Shown one piece after another: positions 51,179 through 63,683 of a stretch of DNA of 64,000 nt. Source of the stretch: an uncultured Gammaproteobacteria bacterium (GTDB lineage Bacteria; Pseudomonadota; Gammaproteobacteria; UBA6002). Position 1 is the stretch's first letter. Each line of letters opens with the position of its first letter. The notes under the pieces are model-generated. The model was given only the letters and a program-made list of their open reading frames with translations, had not been told where the DNA came from and did not search any database. The position numbers and the translations under genes were made by a program. The stretch lies in NCBI GenBank assembly GCA_963705725.1, contig CAVPKM010000017.1, positions 105,391 to 169,390 of the forward strand. The letters are read 5' to 3'.

Positions 51179-53482
51179 ATGTTTAGTAGAGCACTTGAAG
51201 TTACAATCAATAGTGTTTTTGAAAGAGCCAGGGATAAACGGCACGAATTCATTACGGTTGAGCATTTGCTTTTAGCCTTACTTGATAATCCTGATGCGGT
51301 AGAAGTATTGGTGGCTTGTGGAGCTGATTTAAATCGTTTAAAAATAGGATTAGGTATTTTCGTTGATGAAACCACGCCCTTATTACCTAGTGGAAATGAT
51401 TCTGATATTCAGCCCACCAGAGGTTTTCAGCGCGTTTTGCAACGGTCAATTATACAGGTGCAAACAGCAGGCAAGTCTGAAGTAACCGGAGCAAATGTAT
51501 TAGTCGCTATATTTGGAGAGGAAGAAGGTCAATCCGTCTACTTTTTAAGTCAAGAGAATGTCACGCGTTTTGATGTAGTGAATTATATTTCTCATGGAAT
51601 TTCAAAAGTCCATCATCATCATCACTCGACGCCTAGTCCACTTGAACGTTCAACAGATCATGAGCCGGGAGAAGGATTTGTGCATGAAAGCGCGTTAGAG
51701 CGTTTTGCAATTAATTTAAATGAACAAGCAAAAACCGGTCGAATCGATCCCTTAATTGGGCGTCGCGAAGAAATCATTCGTGCGGTTCAGGTGCTCTGTC
51801 GTAGAAGGAAAAATAATCCCTTGCTAGTAGGCGAAGCAGGAGTGGGAAAAACTGCCATTGCTGAAGGGTTGGCAAAATTAATTGTCGAAAGAAAAGTACC
51901 GGAACCCATCTTAAATAGTACTGTCTTTGCACTTGATCTTGGAATGTTATTGGCTGGGACGAAGTATCGGGGAGATTTCGAAAAACGCTTTAAAGAAGTA
52001 CTGAAAGATCTGAAAAGACATCCCGGAGCCATTGTTTTTATAGATGAAATTCATACTATTATTGGCGCGGGTGCTGCTTCAGGTGGAACCATGGATGCTT
52101 CAAACTTGCTGAAACCTTTACTAAGTAGTGGAGAAATTCGTTGCATGGGTTCTACTACTTACCAAGAATATCGAACTATTTTTGAAAAAGACCGCGCGTT
52201 GACGAGACGTTTTCAAAAAATTGATATTACCGAGCCTTCCATAGTCGATACTTATAAAATTCTTTGCGGTCTCAAAAGTCGATTTGAAGCTTATCATGGT
52301 GTGAAATATACTTTTTCTGCTTTAAAAGCGGCGGCTGAACTGTCATCAAAATATATTAATGAACGTCATTTACCTGATAAGGCTATTGATGTCATTGATG
52401 AAGCAGGTGCATATCAACGATTGCAGACTAGTAATAAAAAACGGCGTGTGATTGGGAGTCGAGAGATTGAGGAAGTGGTGGCGAAGTTAGCACATATTCC
52501 TGCTCGGCATGTGAGCATGTCTGATCAGACAGTATTACGCAATATCGAAGAAGATTTGAGAGCGCTGGTCTATGGGCAAGAAGAAGCCATTTCTTCGCTT
52601 TGTATGGCAATTAAAGTATCGCGTTCTGGCCTTCGTGAAGAGAATAAACCCATTGGATGTTTCTTATTTGCCGGGCCAACTGGAGTGGGTAAGACAGAAG
52701 TCACCAAACAATTAGCCAAGAGCCTCGGCATTGAATTAATTCGTTTTGACATGTCGGAGTACATGGAGCGGCATACTGTTTCACGGCTAATTGGTGCCCC
52801 TCCTGGCTATATTGGGTATGATCAAGGCGGCTTGTTGACAGAAGCGGTGACCAAGCATCCGCATGCCGTGTTGCTTCTTGATGAAATTGAAAAAGCGCAC
52901 TCAGATGTTTATAACTTATTGTTACAAGTGATGGATCATGGAACTTTGACCGATAATAATGGACGAATTGCAGATTTCAGGCATGTTATCTTGATTATGA
53001 CAACAAATGCCGGCGCGGAATTGATGGAGCGCACTACCATAGGTTTTATTGAGCAGGATCATCGTAGTGATAGTGTGGGTGTCATTAAAAAATTATTTAC
53101 ACCGGAATTCAGGAACCGCTTGGATGCGATGATTCAGTTTAACCATTTAACGCCTGAAATTTTAAGCTGTGTAGTAGATAAATTTCTAAAAGAATTAGAA
53201 TCGGTGCTCCGAGCTAAGGCTGTCAAGCTTGACGTTGATCAAAGTGCTAGGGATTGGCTTGCAAGAAATGGCTATGATATAAAAATGGGAGCAAGGCCCA
53301 TGAGTCGAATCATACAAGAAAAAATTAAAAAGCCACTCGCTGAAAAATTGCTTTTTGGGAGTTTAATTAACGGTGGCATGGTTCGGATTGTAGCAAGTAA
53401 CGATGAATTAATCCTGGTAACAGAAGAAGAGGGCGAAGACAGTGGTCAGCTGGCTTCTTCCCGTCGTTCCATGGTTCGTTAG
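51179..53482 (+). CDS. clpA: ATP-dependent Clp protease ATP-binding subunit ClpA
   Basis: HEFITVEHLLLAL, two Walker A motifs (GEAGVGKT, GPTGVGKT), GAPPGY; AAGGAGG before ATG 51179. Confidence 0.97.
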   Translation: MFSRALEVTINSVFERARDKRHEFITVEHLLLALLDNPDAVEVLVACGADLNRLKIGLGIFVDETTPLLPSGNDSDIQPTRGFQRVLQRSIIQVQTAGKSEVTGANVLVAIFGEEEGQSVYFLSQENVTRFDVVNYISHGISKVHHHHHSTPSPLERSTDHEPGEGFVHESALERFAINLNEQAKTGRIDPLIGRREEIIRAVQVLCRRRKNNPLLVGEAGVGKTAIAEGLAKLIVERKVPEPILNSTVFALDLGMLLAGTKYRGDFEKRFKEVLKDLKRHPGAIVFIDEIHTIIGAGAASGGTMDASNLLKPLLSSGEIRCMGSTTYQEYRTIFEKDRALTRRFQKIDITEPSIVDTYKILCGLKSRFEAYHGVKYTFSALKAAAELSSKYINERHLPDKAIDVIDEAGAYQRLQTSNKKRRVIGSREIEEVVAKLAHIPARHVSMSDQTVLRNIEEDLRALVYGQEEAISSLCMAIKVSRSGLREENKPIGCFLFAGPTGVGKTEVTKQLAKSLGIELIRFDMSEYMERHTVSRLIGAPPGYIGYDQGGLLTEAVTKHPHAVLLLDEIEKAHSDVYNLLLQVMDHGTLTDNNGRIADFRHVILIMTTNAGAELMERTTIGFIEQDHRSDSVGVIKKLFTPEFRNRLDAMIQFNHLTPEILSCVVDKFLKELESVLRAKAVKLDVDQSARDWLARNGYDIKMGARPMSRIIQEKIKKPLAEKLLFGSLINGGMVRIVASNDELILVTEEEGEDSGQLASSRRSMVR

Positions 53483-53492
53483 AGGGGCTGCC

Positions 53493-53744
53493 TCACTCTT
53501 CTTGAGATTCGGTCGTCTTCTTTTTATCCGGATTGCGAAAGCTGATTCGACCTTTATTCAAATCATAGGGAGTGAGCTCAACGGTGACGGTATCCCCTGT
53601 TAGTATCCTGATATAATTTTTTCTCATCCGGCCAGAAATGTGAGCCGTGATAATGTGTCCGTTTTCAAGTTTAACCCTAAACATGGTATTTGGCAGGGTA
53701 TCTATCACGACTCCCTGCATTTCTATGTGTTCTTCTTTTGGCAT
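53493..53744 (-). CDS. infA: Translation initiation factor IF-1
   Basis: [13 protein letters not shown]...[17 protein letters not shown]. Confidence 0.98.
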   Translation of the reverse strand: MPKEEHIEMQGVVIDTLPNTMFRVKLENGHIITAHISGRMRKNYIRILTGDTVTVELTPYDLNKGRISFRNPDKKKTTESQEE

Positions 53745-53830
53745 GAAAATCCTATCTATTTAGAGAAAGCCCCAATTGTACCATTTTTTAAAAAAGACTC
53801 AATTGCCTATGACTTTGAATTTTTTGTTCA

Positions 53831-56301
53831 TCAACAGATAATGCAATTTTCTTTTTCAGGTTGTGATGCCGGTTGCTCTGTTAGTTGTTCTCTTAGCTCA
53901 AAATTAGGGAATGCCGCATAGGTATCACGTGGCATTTTACATTTTGTGAAAATTAAGAAATCTATTTCCTTGCGGTGATCTAATTTCATCTCAAGGCTAT
54001 TCATTCGGATGGGATGTAGCCCTATTTCTGTGCAGTATGCCATTGCAACCAAGATATCATTTTCGTTATTTGCGATCATTATCATTTGACCCTCAACTAA
54101 TTTTACTTCTACAAGATTCTTAAAAGTTTCTGAATAATAGCTTTCCATCAATACATTTATTTGACGTAGAAGCAAAATTGGATAAGATTCAGATTCTTCT
54201 AGCCTGTAATTACAGTCTCCAGTGAGGAGGTGAAATTTTGTTAATAACCTGGCTGTATGTTGTTGTTCGGCACTGCTTGAATGGCGAATAAAATTAGTAA
54301 TATGTTGTGAAATTCTATCAGGATTATCGATATCTGCCTGCAGTGTCGTAGCTAGGTCATGAGATAACAGTGTTTTATATGAGGCGGGATCTTCTAAGAA
54401 ACATTGAACACTAATTTTTTTTAATCTAACTACCTGATTTTCTAAATGGTAATTGCTATTGATAATGAAATTATCCATTGCCATTTGAAAAATTTGATCG
54501 AGCACTTCAAAAGGAAGCCTAGATAAATGGCATAGTGTATCGGTGTTGTTTTGTCTGCTTGCCTGAATAAATACAATAGAAATAACAGCAGCTTTTCGAT
54601 TATTTTGTAAAATCTTCCATCCTTCGAGGTAGCACGCTGGATTCATTTGCTGAGCTGTTTGGTTATCTTTATTTTTTCTGTCGTCTTTGTATCCGTGATA
54701 GAGAAGTAGGGCTATCATCTTTGGTAAGTTATATCTTGCGGCTGTATGTAAGGCAGTCTCCTTAGTAGAAGAAAACAAGACCGGAGTCCAGACCTGAAGG
54801 TGAATCCCTCCAGTTTTTCCTACCATGATATGAGGAAGAAGAGATTCAGCTAATGACAGTTGCTTTGCCGCAGCTAACGACTCTTGCGGTGTCGCAATAA
54901 CGATTAGGAGTGCCGATTCAAATCCAAAGCGATTTCCTATATCGTGCGTTCGGTTTGAGCTTGCGATGGCATAAAGTGCCTCCCAATTCTTTCTTTCGAC
55001 AGCGATTATTGCAGGAGTCAACAAACTAGTGCCTTTGATATTATTGTACCGTCTCTTCGCAGCTAAATCTGCCCCATCTTTTATGGCTAGTTTGACTAGC
55101 TCAGCATTATTAAGTTCAAGAGCATTAAAGAAGATTATCTGTTGGATTCCCGAAACGGCCTTGCGATATTGGCAATTCATCTTCAATAAAAGAAAGATAA
55201 AGATGGTTATTAGCTCGATTGCTTTGTAAGATCTCCCATCCTTTGAGATAACATGCTGCATTCATTTCCTGAGCTGTTTGGCCAGCCGCATTTTTTTTGT
55301 TATCTTGGTAACCATAATAGAGAAGTAGGGCTACCATCTCTGGTAAGTTATGCTGCACAGCTACATGTAAGGCATAATGCTTAGTGCCATCAAAATATGC
55401 GAAATTGTCAACTCCTACCTGTATACGACGAAGAAGATTGGCAGCTAATGGCAGTTGTTTTGAGGCAATGGCGCATAGGAGTGCTGTTTCGAAACGAAAA
55501 CTACCATTATCATTTAATTGGCATGAGCTTACAATGGCACCAAGCGCCTCCCACTGGCTTGTTTCGGCGGCGAAAAATGCAGGAGTAACTGCATCACGTT
55601 TATCCTTATTATATTTCTGATACGATTTAATACTTAAATTTGCCCCTTGTGCTAGGGCTTGTCTGACTAAATCAGCATTGTTAATTTTAATAGCATTAAA
55701 CAGATTATCTGTGGCATCTCCAAAATTGTTTTCAAATATTGGCAAAGTGGATTGAAGAAAAGAAAGACAAAGATTGCCAGTAGCTCGACTGCCTTGTAAA
55801 ATCTCCCAGCCTTCGAGGTAGGACGTTTCGTTAATTTCCTGCGCCGTATGGTTTGTTTTATTTTTTTGATTGTCTTTGTAGCCATAATAGAGAAGTAGGG
55901 CTACCATCTCCGGTAAGTTATGCTTTACAGCGGTATGTAAGGCATTATCTTTAGTATCGCTAAAAATTACGTAGATAAAATTTCTTATATTACCGAGAAG
56001 AATCGCAGCTAACGACAATTGTTTGAATTCAATGACAGTTAGGAGTGCCGTTTCGAAAACGAAAACTACCGGTTGTATCTACCGCCGACCCTGCAATGGC
56101 ATTAAGTGCTTCCCAATGGTTTGATAAAGCAGCAATAATCGCAGGAGTAAACTGACCAGTAATGTTATTATTACGTGTATAGAGTTGTGTAGCGTATAAA
56201 TTTGCCCCCTGTGCTAGGGCTTGTTTGACTAGATCAGCATCGTTAAGTTTAACGGCATTGAACAGATTTTCTGTCGCATCCCCATAGTTACCTTTTTGCA
56301 T
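53831..56301 (-). pseudogene. Ankyrin-like repeat protein (3 repeat units) with F-box-like motif and C-terminal CaaX, split by two +1 frameshifts (~56058, ~55130)
   Basis: ORFs 56029..56301, 55125..56018 and 53831..55261 join into one frame of ~820 codons; ALH.AV..NLPEMVALLL.YG motifs; LSRLPFEVLDQIF; ends CIIC. Confidence 0.85.
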
Positions 56302-56349
56302 TTTAATACCTCTATTAATAATTAGTACATTTTAGTAGCATATCAATTA

Positions 56350-56369
56350 TTTATTAAAATAGTATTAAC
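56350..56369 (-). promoter_or_regulatory. PmrA-type box with downstream -10 element
   Basis: Minus strand gTTAATacT-at-tTTAATaaa-N7-TATGCT upstream of ATG 56301. Confidence 0.65.
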
Positions 56370-56396
56370 TACTGATTAATAGTTACAAAGCCCGAA

Positions 56397-56538
56397 TTGA
56401 CCAGTATTAAACCTAACGAAAGGAAAGATTTCGACCACAAATACTGAACATAGGATTACAACAAATTATTAATATTTTGGTTAAGTGAATTACGGGTCAA
56501 CATTGTGGAGTACTAAGTTAGGTAATTTCGCTGGTCAA
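56397..56538. repeat. Intergenic cluster of TTGACC-N8/9-AC(C/T)TAAC motifs in inverted arrangement
   Basis: Copies at 56397-56417 (+), 56480-56500 (-) and 56517-56538 (-). Confidence 0.5.
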
Positions 56539-56548
56539 CGCGTGTTCA

Positions 56549-58399
56549 TCAACAGATAATGCAATTGCGGCTTTCTTCTGGTTGATGACTTTTGGGATTA
56601 AAATCAGGAAATGCCTCATAGATATCTAGTGATATCTTGCAAATAGTAGAAAGAAAATAATCTATTTCGCTACGTTCAGTTAGCGCTAGTTCATAATTAT
56701 TAATATGCTGAGCGGATAGTCCTCTTTCTGCGCAGTAAACCATTAGCATCGAAATATCACTTTCAGTAGTTGAATGCATTATCATCTGACCGTTTACTAA
56801 ATCAACATTATTAAGTCCTTTAAAGTTTTCATCATGAACTTGCATGACTAATGCTATTTGTTTTAGAAGCAAGGATCTACAATCGAAGGGTTCGACACGA
56901 ATTACGGCGTCAATATTGTTACTAAAAAGATGAAATTTTTCTAATAATGCATTAATTGAGTATTTTACTTGTTTATTCATTTCAGTATCCATATACCCAC
57001 GGATATGATAAGCCTGTTCAAAAGAATTGGCACTTTCTCTGAGCCCTGAAATCAAAGCGTTGCTTGAGTTGGTTTTGTTAAAAAAACTTTGCTTAGAGTA
57101 TTCTTCTGAAAGGCATTTGACGCTTATTTGAGCTAAACGTTCCCTCTGATTTTTCAGATGGTTATTGTCATTCAGTATAATGGGGGCCTGTGCCTGTAAG
57201 AAAAGTTGATTGACGAATTCAAAAGGAAGCTGGTATAAAATACTGTCTTTTTGTCTCATGCCTTGAAGAAAAATGATAGCTCTTGAAGCCTCATGCCGAC
57301 TATTTTGTAAAATTTCCCAACCTGCAAGATAACAAGCTTCATTAAGTTGTCTAGGTTGTTGGTTTTTATGATTTCTTGTCTCCTCTGGATAGCCATAATA
57401 AAGAAGTAGGGCTACCATTTCAGGCCAATTCTCTTGTACAGCTAAGTGTAGGGCTCTGTTTAAATCACAATCTTCTTCCAGCCGAGCATAGCAATCTTTT
57501 CCTATTGTTAAGTGGTTGAGAAGTTGCTTGGCGACTGCAAGTGGTATCTGCTTTCCTGGAATACCCATGACCAGGGCGGATTCAAAACGACAAGATCCGT
57601 TTTCGTCTGTTTTGGAATTTGCAATAACACTCAGTACTTCCCAATGTTTTTTATATGCAGCGATCATTGCTGGAGGCCACGATTTTATTTGATCGTTTGA
57701 TATTGGTTCTAAGAGCGGGAGCTCTAAGTTTGCACCTTGTTCGATGGCTTCTTTGGCTAAATCAGGGCGATTGAGTTTAATCGCATTATGCAAATTTGTT
57801 GCAGGGTTTCCGTCGTATCTTTGCTGAGGTGTTAGAGTTCCCTCAAATAGAGAATTAGCGTTACGCTCATTGTACCACATTTCCCAGCCTTTAAGATAAC
57901 AAACTTCATTGATTTGACAAGGTGTTTCTCCTCGATGATTTTTTAAATGCTCTTGTTGACAACCATAATGAAAAAGTAAGGCTACCATTTCAGGCCAATT
58001 CTCTTTTACGGCCAAGTGTAGGGCTTTGTTATTATCACTACCTGCCCAAGCCAGATAATCTTTTCCTATTACTAAGTGATTGAGAAGTTGCTTGGCGACT
58101 GCAAGTGGGAGGCTTTTTTTTATAATACCTATGATCAGAGCTGATTCAAAACGATACGCTCCGTGAGTGTCTATCGTTGAGTTTACAATAACGCTCAAGA
58201 TGTCCCAGCGTTCATTAGATGCAGCCATCATTGCTGGAGTGCACCTGCCACCGAGTAATGTTTTTTCTTGCAATTGAGAACCTAACCGTGCGCCATTTCG
58301 GATTGCCTCTTTGGCTATATCAAGACGATTAAGTTTAATCGCATTAAACAAATTTGTTGTAGGATCGCCATAGTTGCCTGGGCTTGATTTTGCATGCAT
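56549..58399 (-). CDS. Ankyrin-like repeat protein (2 repeat units) with F-box-like motif and C-terminal CaaX; candidate effector
   Basis: ALHLAV.ENWPEMVALL..YG twice; LYQLPFEFVNQLF; ends SRNCIIC; GAGGTG before ATG 58399. Confidence 0.87.
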   Translation of the reverse strand: MHAKSSPGNYGDPTTNLFNAIKLNRLDIAKEAIRNGARLGSQLQEKTLLGGRCTPAMMAASNERWDILSVIVNSTIDTHGAYRFESALIIGIIKKSLPLAVAKQLLNHLVIGKDYLAWAGSDNNKALHLAVKENWPEMVALLFHYGCQQEHLKNHRGETPCQINEVCYLKGWEMWYNERNANSLFEGTLTPQQRYDGNPATNLHNAIKLNRPDLAKEAIEQGANLELPLLEPISNDQIKSWPPAMIAAYKKHWEVLSVIANSKTDENGSCRFESALVMGIPGKQIPLAVAKQLLNHLTIGKDCYARLEEDCDLNRALHLAVQENWPEMVALLLYYGYPEETRNHKNQQPRQLNEACYLAGWEILQNSRHEASRAIIFLQGMRQKDSILYQLPFEFVNQLFLQAQAPIILNDNNHLKNQRERLAQISVKCLSEEYSKQSFFNKTNSSNALISGLRESANSFEQAYHIRGYMDTEMNKQVKYSINALLEKFHLFSNNIDAVIRVEPFDCRSLLLKQIALVMQVHDENFKGLNNVDLVNGQMIMHSTTESDISMLMVYCAERGLSAQHINNYELALTERSEIDYFLSTICKISLDIYEAFPDFNPKSHQPEESRNCIIC

Positions 58400-58447
58400 T
58401 GCTATCACCTCTAAAATAAAGCTAACTGACAAATAGCTTATCCAATC

Positions 58448-58467
58448 TTTATTAAATTAATATTAAC
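58448..58467 (-). promoter_or_regulatory. PmrA-type box with downstream -10 element
   Basis: Minus strand gTTAATATT-aa-tTTAATAaa-N7-TAAGCT upstream of ATG 58399. Confidence 0.7.
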
Positions 58468-58587
58468 GTTAACGAGCTTGCGAAATAAAAAATAAGTTGA
58501 TATTTTGTTGTTTTTATCATCATGGATAGCATGCTTGGTATAAATAACTATTTTTCTTATATATCTGATTTTCTGTAGGAGAATGAT

Positions 58588-59795
<1,208 letters not shown>

Positions 59796-59855
59796 TTACG
59801 TGATAGTATGTAAAGTTTTTCTTCGATAGTCAAAATATCGCAAAGATGATACTGT

Positions 59856-62246
59856 TTGGTGATCATTGTTCTAAATTTTTCAGTGAGAAGAGCTGTGCGA
59901 AATCGGAAAAATAAAAAAAATAATCATCAAGTATCCATTAAAATGCACAAACGATTTCGTGAAGGACTATTTATTTCAATTACCGCGCTTTGCTTATATT
60001 TATTATTGTCATTGGCTACTTACCATGTGACGGATCCTTCTTGGTCAAATACCGGGCAAGGTGAAAATATTCTTAATTCCGGTGGTGCGGTAGGTGCATG
60101 GCTTTCTGATTTTATTCTTTATATCTGTGGCTATTTTGCCTTTATATTTCCTTTTTTGTTTTCATATTTTGCTTGGCAGTATATTCAAGTGACAGAAAAA
60201 AAAGAATCTACCAGCACGCTTTTTTATCTAAAAGCGATGGGATTTTTGCTTTTCTTATTTGCAGGTGCGGGAATATTAAGCTTACATTTTGCGAGTGGAA
60301 AACATCTCCCCTTTACAGCGGGAGGAATACTCGGAAATATCGTTGGGTATAGCATGTATAAAATATTTAATTCAATGGGGTCGAGTCTAATTTTATTTTC
60401 TATTTTTTTAACCGGCTTAACATTATTGACAGGGATATCCTGGCTCAGCGTTGCAGATAATCTGGGGCGATTTGTGATTGAAAAGGGGATAAAGTTCAGA
60501 CAGCGATGGCAATGTGAAAAAGATGCCAAGCAAGAACCTAGAATTAAAAAGACTGTGCAAACAATGAGTGCAAAGCCTCAATTAGAAATGAAACCTAGTA
60601 TTATTCGTGTTGAACCAAAGGTTAAAGCATTAGCGCTTGAGGAAGAGCAGGAAATTCTAACAAGCCAAGCGGAAATCGAAGAGACAGCTCCAAAAGGGAA
60701 TCAGAAAAAAGCCAGCACTAGGCAGGTAGCGATTGCTTATGAACCCTCGCTGGAAGGAACTATTCCCCCTATTAGCCTATTAGACTTACCTGATCACAGT
60801 CATGCCAAAGGCTATAGCAATCAACAACTTGAAAATATGTCTCGTGAAGTTGAACTTAGGTTGCAGGATTTTGGTATTGAAGTAAAAGTGGTAGCGGTGC
60901 ATCCTGGCCCTGTTGTCACTCGCTTTGAATTGCAATTAGCAGCGGGAACAAAGGTTAGCAAAATTAGTACACTTGCTAAAGATCTGGCTAGGTCATTATC
61001 AGTAATTAGCGTGAGGATTGTTGAAATTATTCCTGGCAAGCCGGTGATTGGATTAGAACTCCCGAATCAACATCGCGAGATGGTACGTTTAAGAGAAATA
61101 TTAGCTTCAACCCAGTATGAAAATACTAATTCACCGCTTGCCTTAGCTTTAGGAAAAGATATAGCGGGTCACCCAGTTATTGTTGACTTGGCAAAAATGC
61201 CACACCTATTGGTAGCAGGGACGACGGGTTCTGGAAAATCAGTTGGCTTAAATGCGATGTTATTGAGCTTATTATTTAAGGCAACGCCGCAAGAATTACG
61301 TTTAATTATGATTGATCCTAAAATGCTTGAGCTTGCCATCTACGAAGGTATTCCTCATTTGCTTACGCCAGTCGTCACTGACATGAAGGAAGCGGCAAGT
61401 GCACTTCGTTGGTGTGTGGCTGAAATGGAGCGTCGTTATAAGTTGATGGCCTCATTAGGTGTACGCAATATTGCTGGCTATAATCAGAAAATAAAAGATG
61501 GCAGACAAAAAGGCGCGCCATTGCTGGACCCTTTATGGCAAGAAGAGATGGGTACTGAGCAGCAGGAGTTACAAGAGTTGCCCTATATTGTCGTATTGGC
61601 CGATGAGTTTGCCGATATGATGATGGTCGTAGGTAAGAAGGTTGAAGAGCTTATCGCCCGTATTGCGCAGAAAGCAAGAGCAGCAGGGATACACCTGATC
61701 CTTGCGACTCAAAGGCCATCTGTTGATGTGATTACAGGCCTGATTAAGGCCAATATTCCCACCCGTATTGCATTCCAAGTTTCTTCTAAGATAGATTCGC
61801 GTACTATTTTGGATCAGCAGGGGGCAGAGCAGCTATTAGGGCACGGAGATATGTTATATCTCGCTCCTGGTACAGGTGTGCCAGTTAGAATTCATGGTGC
61901 ATTTGTGGCAGATGAAGAAGTGCATCGCGTGGTTTGTGATTGGAAGCGACGAGGCAGATCAGACTATCTTGAAGAAGTACTGTCATTATCAAGTGGAGAA
62001 CCCAATGGTCAAGGGGAGGGTTCGTTTGAAAATGGTGATAGTGAACAAGATGCCTTATATGACCAAGCTGTTCAAATTGTGATTGAAACTCGACGTGCTT
62101 CTGTTTCTAATATACAAAGGCGTTTAAAAATTGGTTATAATCGCGCCGCTCGAATTGTAGAAGCCATGGAAATGGCAGGATTAGTTAGTTCAATGGAACA
62201 GAATGGGTCGCGGGAGGTGTTAGTCCCTCGAACTGAATCTGGCTAA
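59856..62246 (+). CDS. ftsK: DNA translocase FtsK
   Basis: N-terminal TM segments, [26 protein letters not shown], gamma domain [14 protein letters not shown]; start uncertain. Confidence 0.97.
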   Translation: MVIIVLNFSVRRAVRNRKNKKNNHQVSIKMHKRFREGLFISITALCLYLLLSLATYHVTDPSWSNTGQGENILNSGGAVGAWLSDFILYICGYFAFIFPFLFSYFAWQYIQVTEKKESTSTLFYLKAMGFLLFLFAGAGILSLHFASGKHLPFTAGGILGNIVGYSMYKIFNSMGSSLILFSIFLTGLTLLTGISWLSVADNLGRFVIEKGIKFRQRWQCEKDAKQEPRIKKTVQTMSAKPQLEMKPSIIRVEPKVKALALEEEQEILTSQAEIEETAPKGNQKKASTRQVAIAYEPSLEGTIPPISLLDLPDHSHAKGYSNQQLENMSREVELRLQDFGIEVKVVAVHPGPVVTRFELQLAAGTKVSKISTLAKDLARSLSVISVRIVEIIPGKPVIGLELPNQHREMVRLREILASTQYENTNSPLALALGKDIAGHPVIVDLAKMPHLLVAGTTGSGKSVGLNAMLLSLLFKATPQELRLIMIDPKMLELAIYEGIPHLLTPVVTDMKEAASALRWCVAEMERRYKLMASLGVRNIAGYNQKIKDGRQKGAPLLDPLWQEEMGTEQQELQELPYIVVLADEFADMMMVVGKKVEELIARIAQKARAAGIHLILATQRPSVDVITGLIKANIPTRIAFQVSSKIDSRTILDQQGAEQLLGHGDMLYLAPGTGVPVRIHGAFVADEEVHRVVCDWKRRGRSDYLEEVLSLSSGEPNGQGEGSFENGDSEQDALYDQAVQIVIETRRASVSNIQRRLKIGYNRAARIVEAMEMAGLVSSMEQNGSREVLVPRTESG

Positions 62247-62314
62247 AATCTGAACGTTTAGCGGCTTCTTGCATTTATGCTGAATAGTTATAGGTAAAAA
62301 ATGGGGTAAATGTA

Positions 62315-62932
62315 ATGAATAAGTTAAGAGTTGGTCTTGTTATCCTGCTACTTTTCGCGATGACTTCACTTTTTGCAGATGACTCCTTTAGTCAACTAGA
62401 TAAGTTGTTGTCAACATTTCGATCTATGAGTGCGAATTTTCAGCAATCAGTCGTGGTAAAAAAAGGTAAAGGTAAGACTTCAATGGGTACCATGGCGCTT
62501 GAAAGGCCAGGGAAATTTCGGTGGGAAACCCTTTCTCCTAATCATCAAATTATCATTGCTAATGGGCAATACATTTGGTTTTATGATGTGGATCTTGAGC
62601 AAGCAACGGTACAAAATTTAAAGCAGCATGCAAATAGCCCTGCATTGTTACTGAGTGGCTCTACAACGGCGCTCGAGGAGCGCTTTAAAATATTAGAATG
62701 CGCAACAAAAGAAAATGACGTGTCCTTTCGGTTAGCCCCTCGCATGAATCAAGATATGGTTAAGGAAGTGCTTCTCAAGTTTGCAGCAAATAAACTTAAG
62801 CAGATGTCAGTCGTTGACAATCTTGGGCAAAAAACGCTATTTGAATTTAGTCAGGTGAAAATTAATCCCAAACTTTCGAGGACGTTATTCCAATTTCATC
62901 CCCCTAAGAATGTGGATGTGATTAAACAGTAA
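62315..62932 (+). CDS. lolA: Outer-membrane lipoprotein chaperone LolA
   Basis: Signal peptide, RPGKFRW, YDVDLEQAT, F.F.PP..VDVI; follows ftsK. Confidence 0.95.
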   Translation: MNKLRVGLVILLLFAMTSLFADDSFSQLDKLLSTFRSMSANFQQSVVVKKGKGKTSMGTMALERPGKFRWETLSPNHQIIIANGQYIWFYDVDLEQATVQNLKQHANSPALLLSGSTTALEERFKILECATKENDVSFRLAPRMNQDMVKEVLLKFAANKLKQMSVVDNLGQKTLFEFSQVKINPKLSRTLFQFHPPKNVDVIKQ

Positions 62933-62943
62933 TATGAGGCATT

Positions 62944-63683
62944 ATGATCGATCCTAGGTTTTTACGCACTGATATTAAAGCTACGGCTCAGATTTTAAAA
63001 AATCGGGGTTACACCCTTGAAGTAGATCAATTGGAAGCATTAGAGCTAAAACGAAAGCGCTTGCAAGTTAAAACACAAGCCCTACAAAATGAGAGAAATA
63101 CGCAATCAAAAGTCATTGGGCAGAAAAAATCAAAAGGAGAAGATATTGCTCCCTTATTGTCAGAAATGGCTCAGTTTAGCGAGAAATTAAAAGAAATAGA
63201 AAGCGAACTCAATCAACTACAGCATCAATTGCAAGCAATTTATCTTACCGTTCCTAATTTGCCTCATGATTCGGTTCCAGTTGGTCAAGGCGAATCAGAT
63301 AATCTTGAACTGCATAGGGTGGGAGAGCCAACCAAATTTTCTTTTGAACCGAAAGATCATGTTGAGCTTGGTGAGAAATTAGGCTTACTTGATTTTAATG
63401 CCGCTTCAAAGTTGTCCGGATCACGTTTTGTGGTCATGCACGACGGATTGGCACGCCTCCATCGCGCACTCATTCGATTCATGCTTGATGTACATACCAA
63501 GCAACATGGTTACAAAGAAGTTTACGTTCCTTATCTAGTCAAGGAGGAAAATCTTTATGGTACTGGTCAATTACCAAAATTTAGGGAGGACCAATTTTGG
63601 GTTCAAGGAGACACATCCTTATGTTTAATTCCAACAGCTGAAGTGCCGTTAACAAATTTAGTAAGAGATACCATTTTAGATAT
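62944..63683 (+). CDS. serS: Seryl-tRNA synthetase, 5' part only (truncated at a chimeric junction)
   Basis: Manual translation MIDPRFLR...[11 protein letters not shown]...KDHVELG...GSRF...GTGQLPKF...[15 protein letters not shown]; missing from the ORF track because no stop occurs before the window end. Confidence 0.93.

Noticed and set aside
51610-51625. His5 tract in ClpA
   Set aside because: Lies in the variable linker after the N-domain; no evidence of function
56411-56523. Integron attC-like core sites (ACCTAAC ... GTTAGGT)
   Set aside because: Internal L-box complementarity is poor, there is only one such site, and no integron integrase is in the window
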